This document shows, piece by piece, positions 62,472 to 64,000 of a stretch of 64,000 nt of DNA. Numbering within the stretch: the first letter of the stretch is position 1; every line of letters begins with the position of its first letter. This stretch comes from Alphaproteobacteria bacterium (GTDB lineage Bacteria; Pseudomonadota; Alphaproteobacteria; MPNO01): positions 1,344,001 through 1,408,000 of the forward strand of contig OZ219866.1 in assembly GCA_964291675.2 (NCBI GenBank), given 5' to 3'. Position numbers and translations under genes: made by a program. The notes under the pieces are model-generated. The model worked only from the letters and a program-made list of their open reading frames with translations, made no database searches and was not told where the DNA came from.

Positions 62472-64000
62472 ATGAACGGCGGGCGCCGCCTTCCCGCGGC
62501 CCGGCTCGCGGCGCTGCTCGCGCTGGCCCTCTGGGCGGGGGACGCGAGGGCGCAGTCGACCGCCCAGGTCGGCAATGTGGGGCAGACCGAAAGCGCCGCC
62601 AGCGGTCTCGATTCGCTGGACGTCGCCCAGAAGTTCACCACCGGGCCGAACGTCGGGGGCTACACCCTGACCGGCGTCGATCTGCGGCTTGCCGCGCTTA
62701 CCGGCCAGGCCACCGACTCCGCCGCCCCCCGGGTGACGGTGGTCCGGGGGGCGCCCGCGGGGGCCGGCTCGGTCGTCGTCGCCACGCTCGCCGCCCGGAC
62801 GCCGGCGGTATCCGACGGCACGAGCGCCACCTACAGCTTCGCGGCGCCGGCGAACACCCCGCTGCGTCCGTCGACGGACCACTGGGTGGTGGTCGAAGCG
62901 GCGACCCGCGGAGGCGGCGATGTACAGGTCTCCGCCACCGCCTCGGATGCGGAGGACGGCACCCCCGCGGCGGGCTGGAGCGTGGGCGACGGCGCGTTGA
63001 CCCGAAGCCGCCTCTCGACCGGGGCCTTCGACGCGCAAACCCATTCCTTCATGATCCGCGTCAACGGCAGCACCAGGACCAACACGCCCGCCACCGGCAA
63101 GCCGGCTGTCTCGGGCCCCGCGGCCCTGGGCCGCCGCCTGGAGGCGGACCGGGGCAGCGTCGCGGACCGCGACGGGGTGCCGGCCGCGTTCGCCTACCAG
63201 TGGGTCCGGGTCGACGGAACGGTCGAGTCCGATATCCCGGATGCGACCTCGCGCGCCTACCGGCTGGAGGAAGCCGATGTGGGCAAGACGGTCAAGGCGA
63301 GGCTGTCCTTCACCGACGATGCGGGAAACATGGAGTCGCGCACCAGCGACGCGTTCCCGGCGGCCGGGACCGTCCGGCCACCGCCGCCGCACGGCCTCGC
63401 GGGCCGGGCGCTGGTCGGCAATCTGGGACAGGCCGGGGCCGGCTCCGACGTCTTCGCCGCTTACGACATGGCCCAGAAGTTCACCACCGGCGCGAACGGC
63501 GCGGGCTACGCCCTGACCGGCGTCCTGCTGCGGCTGACCGCCGCCGGGTTCGACCGCGCGCCGCCCGCGGCGCGCGTGGTCGCCGGGGCGCCGGCGGGCA
63601 GCGACTCGGTGGCGGTCGCCACGCTCGCCGCCCGGACGTCGCCGGTGCCCGGCAGCGCGACATCCAACATCGCCTACGCCGCGCCGCCGGACACCGTGCT
63701 GGACCCGTCGACCGACTACTGGGTGGTGGTCGAAGGGGGCGGCGCCGGCGCGGACTACCTGTCGTTCCAGCTCACCCTCTCGGACTCGGAGGACTCCGGC
63801 TCCGCGGCCGGCTGGAGCGTCGACGACGCGGGGTCGAGACGAGCCGCCGGCTCCGCCGGCGGCTTCGCCCGGAGATCGCACGGCGCCTCCTACATGATCG
63901 GCATCTTCGGCACCGCCCGGACCGCGCGCACCCGCCCCGCCCCGCCCCGCGTCGCCGGGCCGCCCACCGCGGCGGACGCATCGGTGCGCATCCGCGCGGG
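62472..64000 (+). CDS. Large repetitive secreted/surface protein (partial, runs off the window end)
   Basis: Signal peptide (ARA/Q); two copies of VGN.GQ...AQKFTTG.N..GY.LTGV...YWVVVE separated by an NTPATGKP...YQW.RVDG...FTDDAGN Ig-like module; no in-frame stop seen. Confidence 0.8.
   Translation, partial: MNGGRRLPAARLAALLALALWAGDARAQSTAQVGNVGQTESAASGLDSLDVAQKFTTGPNVGGYTLTGVDLRLAALTGQATDSAAPRVTVVRGAPAGAGSVVVATLAARTPAVSDGTSATYSFAAPANTPLRPSTDHWVVVEAATRGGGDVQVSATASDAEDGTPAAGWSVGDGALTRSRLSTGAFDAQTHSFMIRVNGSTRTNTPATGKPAVSGPAALGRRLEADRGSVADRDGVPAAFAYQWVRVDGTVESDIPDATSRAYRLEEADVGKTVKARLSFTDDAGNMESRTSDAFPAAGTVRPPPPHGLAGRALVGNLGQAGAGSDVFAAYDMAQKFTTGANGAGYALTGVLLRLTAAGFDRAPPAARVVAGAPAGSDSVAVATLAARTSPVPGSATSNIAYAAPPDTVLDPSTDYWVVVEGGGAGADYLSFQLTLSDSEDSGSAAGWSVDDAGSRRAAGSAGGFARRSHGASYMIGIFGTARTARTRPAPPRVAGPPTAADASVRIRA

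Overview
High-GC alphaproteobacterial chromosome window (Rhodospirillales-like gene order). The Sel1-repeat protein, the repetitive surface protein and the orphan PPTase suggest a marine host-associated lineage such as a sponge symbiont, but that is inference. The left half is core genome: tRNA-Ser, TRAP transporter plus amidase, lepA-pheT-pheS-rplT-rpmI-infC-thrS, gltBD, uppP, tRNA-Leu, rnd, kdsD-lptCAB-(no rpoN)-hpf-ptsN, hsp20, and degP with a two-component pair. The right half is accessory and catabolic, with many palindromic REP-like repeats. Best non-obvious signals: (1) an IS1111-type IS110 element inserted exactly into a REP arm, whose 3' non-coding region has short matches to both its target and its own circle junction (bridge/seekRNA-like guides); (2) two parS sites inside a 56-bp composite module (parS plus a second palindrome) that brackets, in inverted orientation, a 6.3-kb TauD/TRAP/reductive-dehalogenase-like cassette; (3) a lower-GC islet between 107-bp direct repeats carrying four unknown ORFs, with a 328-nt dual-coding overlap and a shared PHPQTG peptide, a candidate toxin/defence module; (4) a 268-nt three-stem RNA structure that sequesters the dctQ start codon; (5) a 29-bp tandem duplication frameshifting an NDUFA9-like gene, and probable ATA starts for infC and one uncalled ORF. 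All functional calls come from motif recognition by eye; no searches were run.
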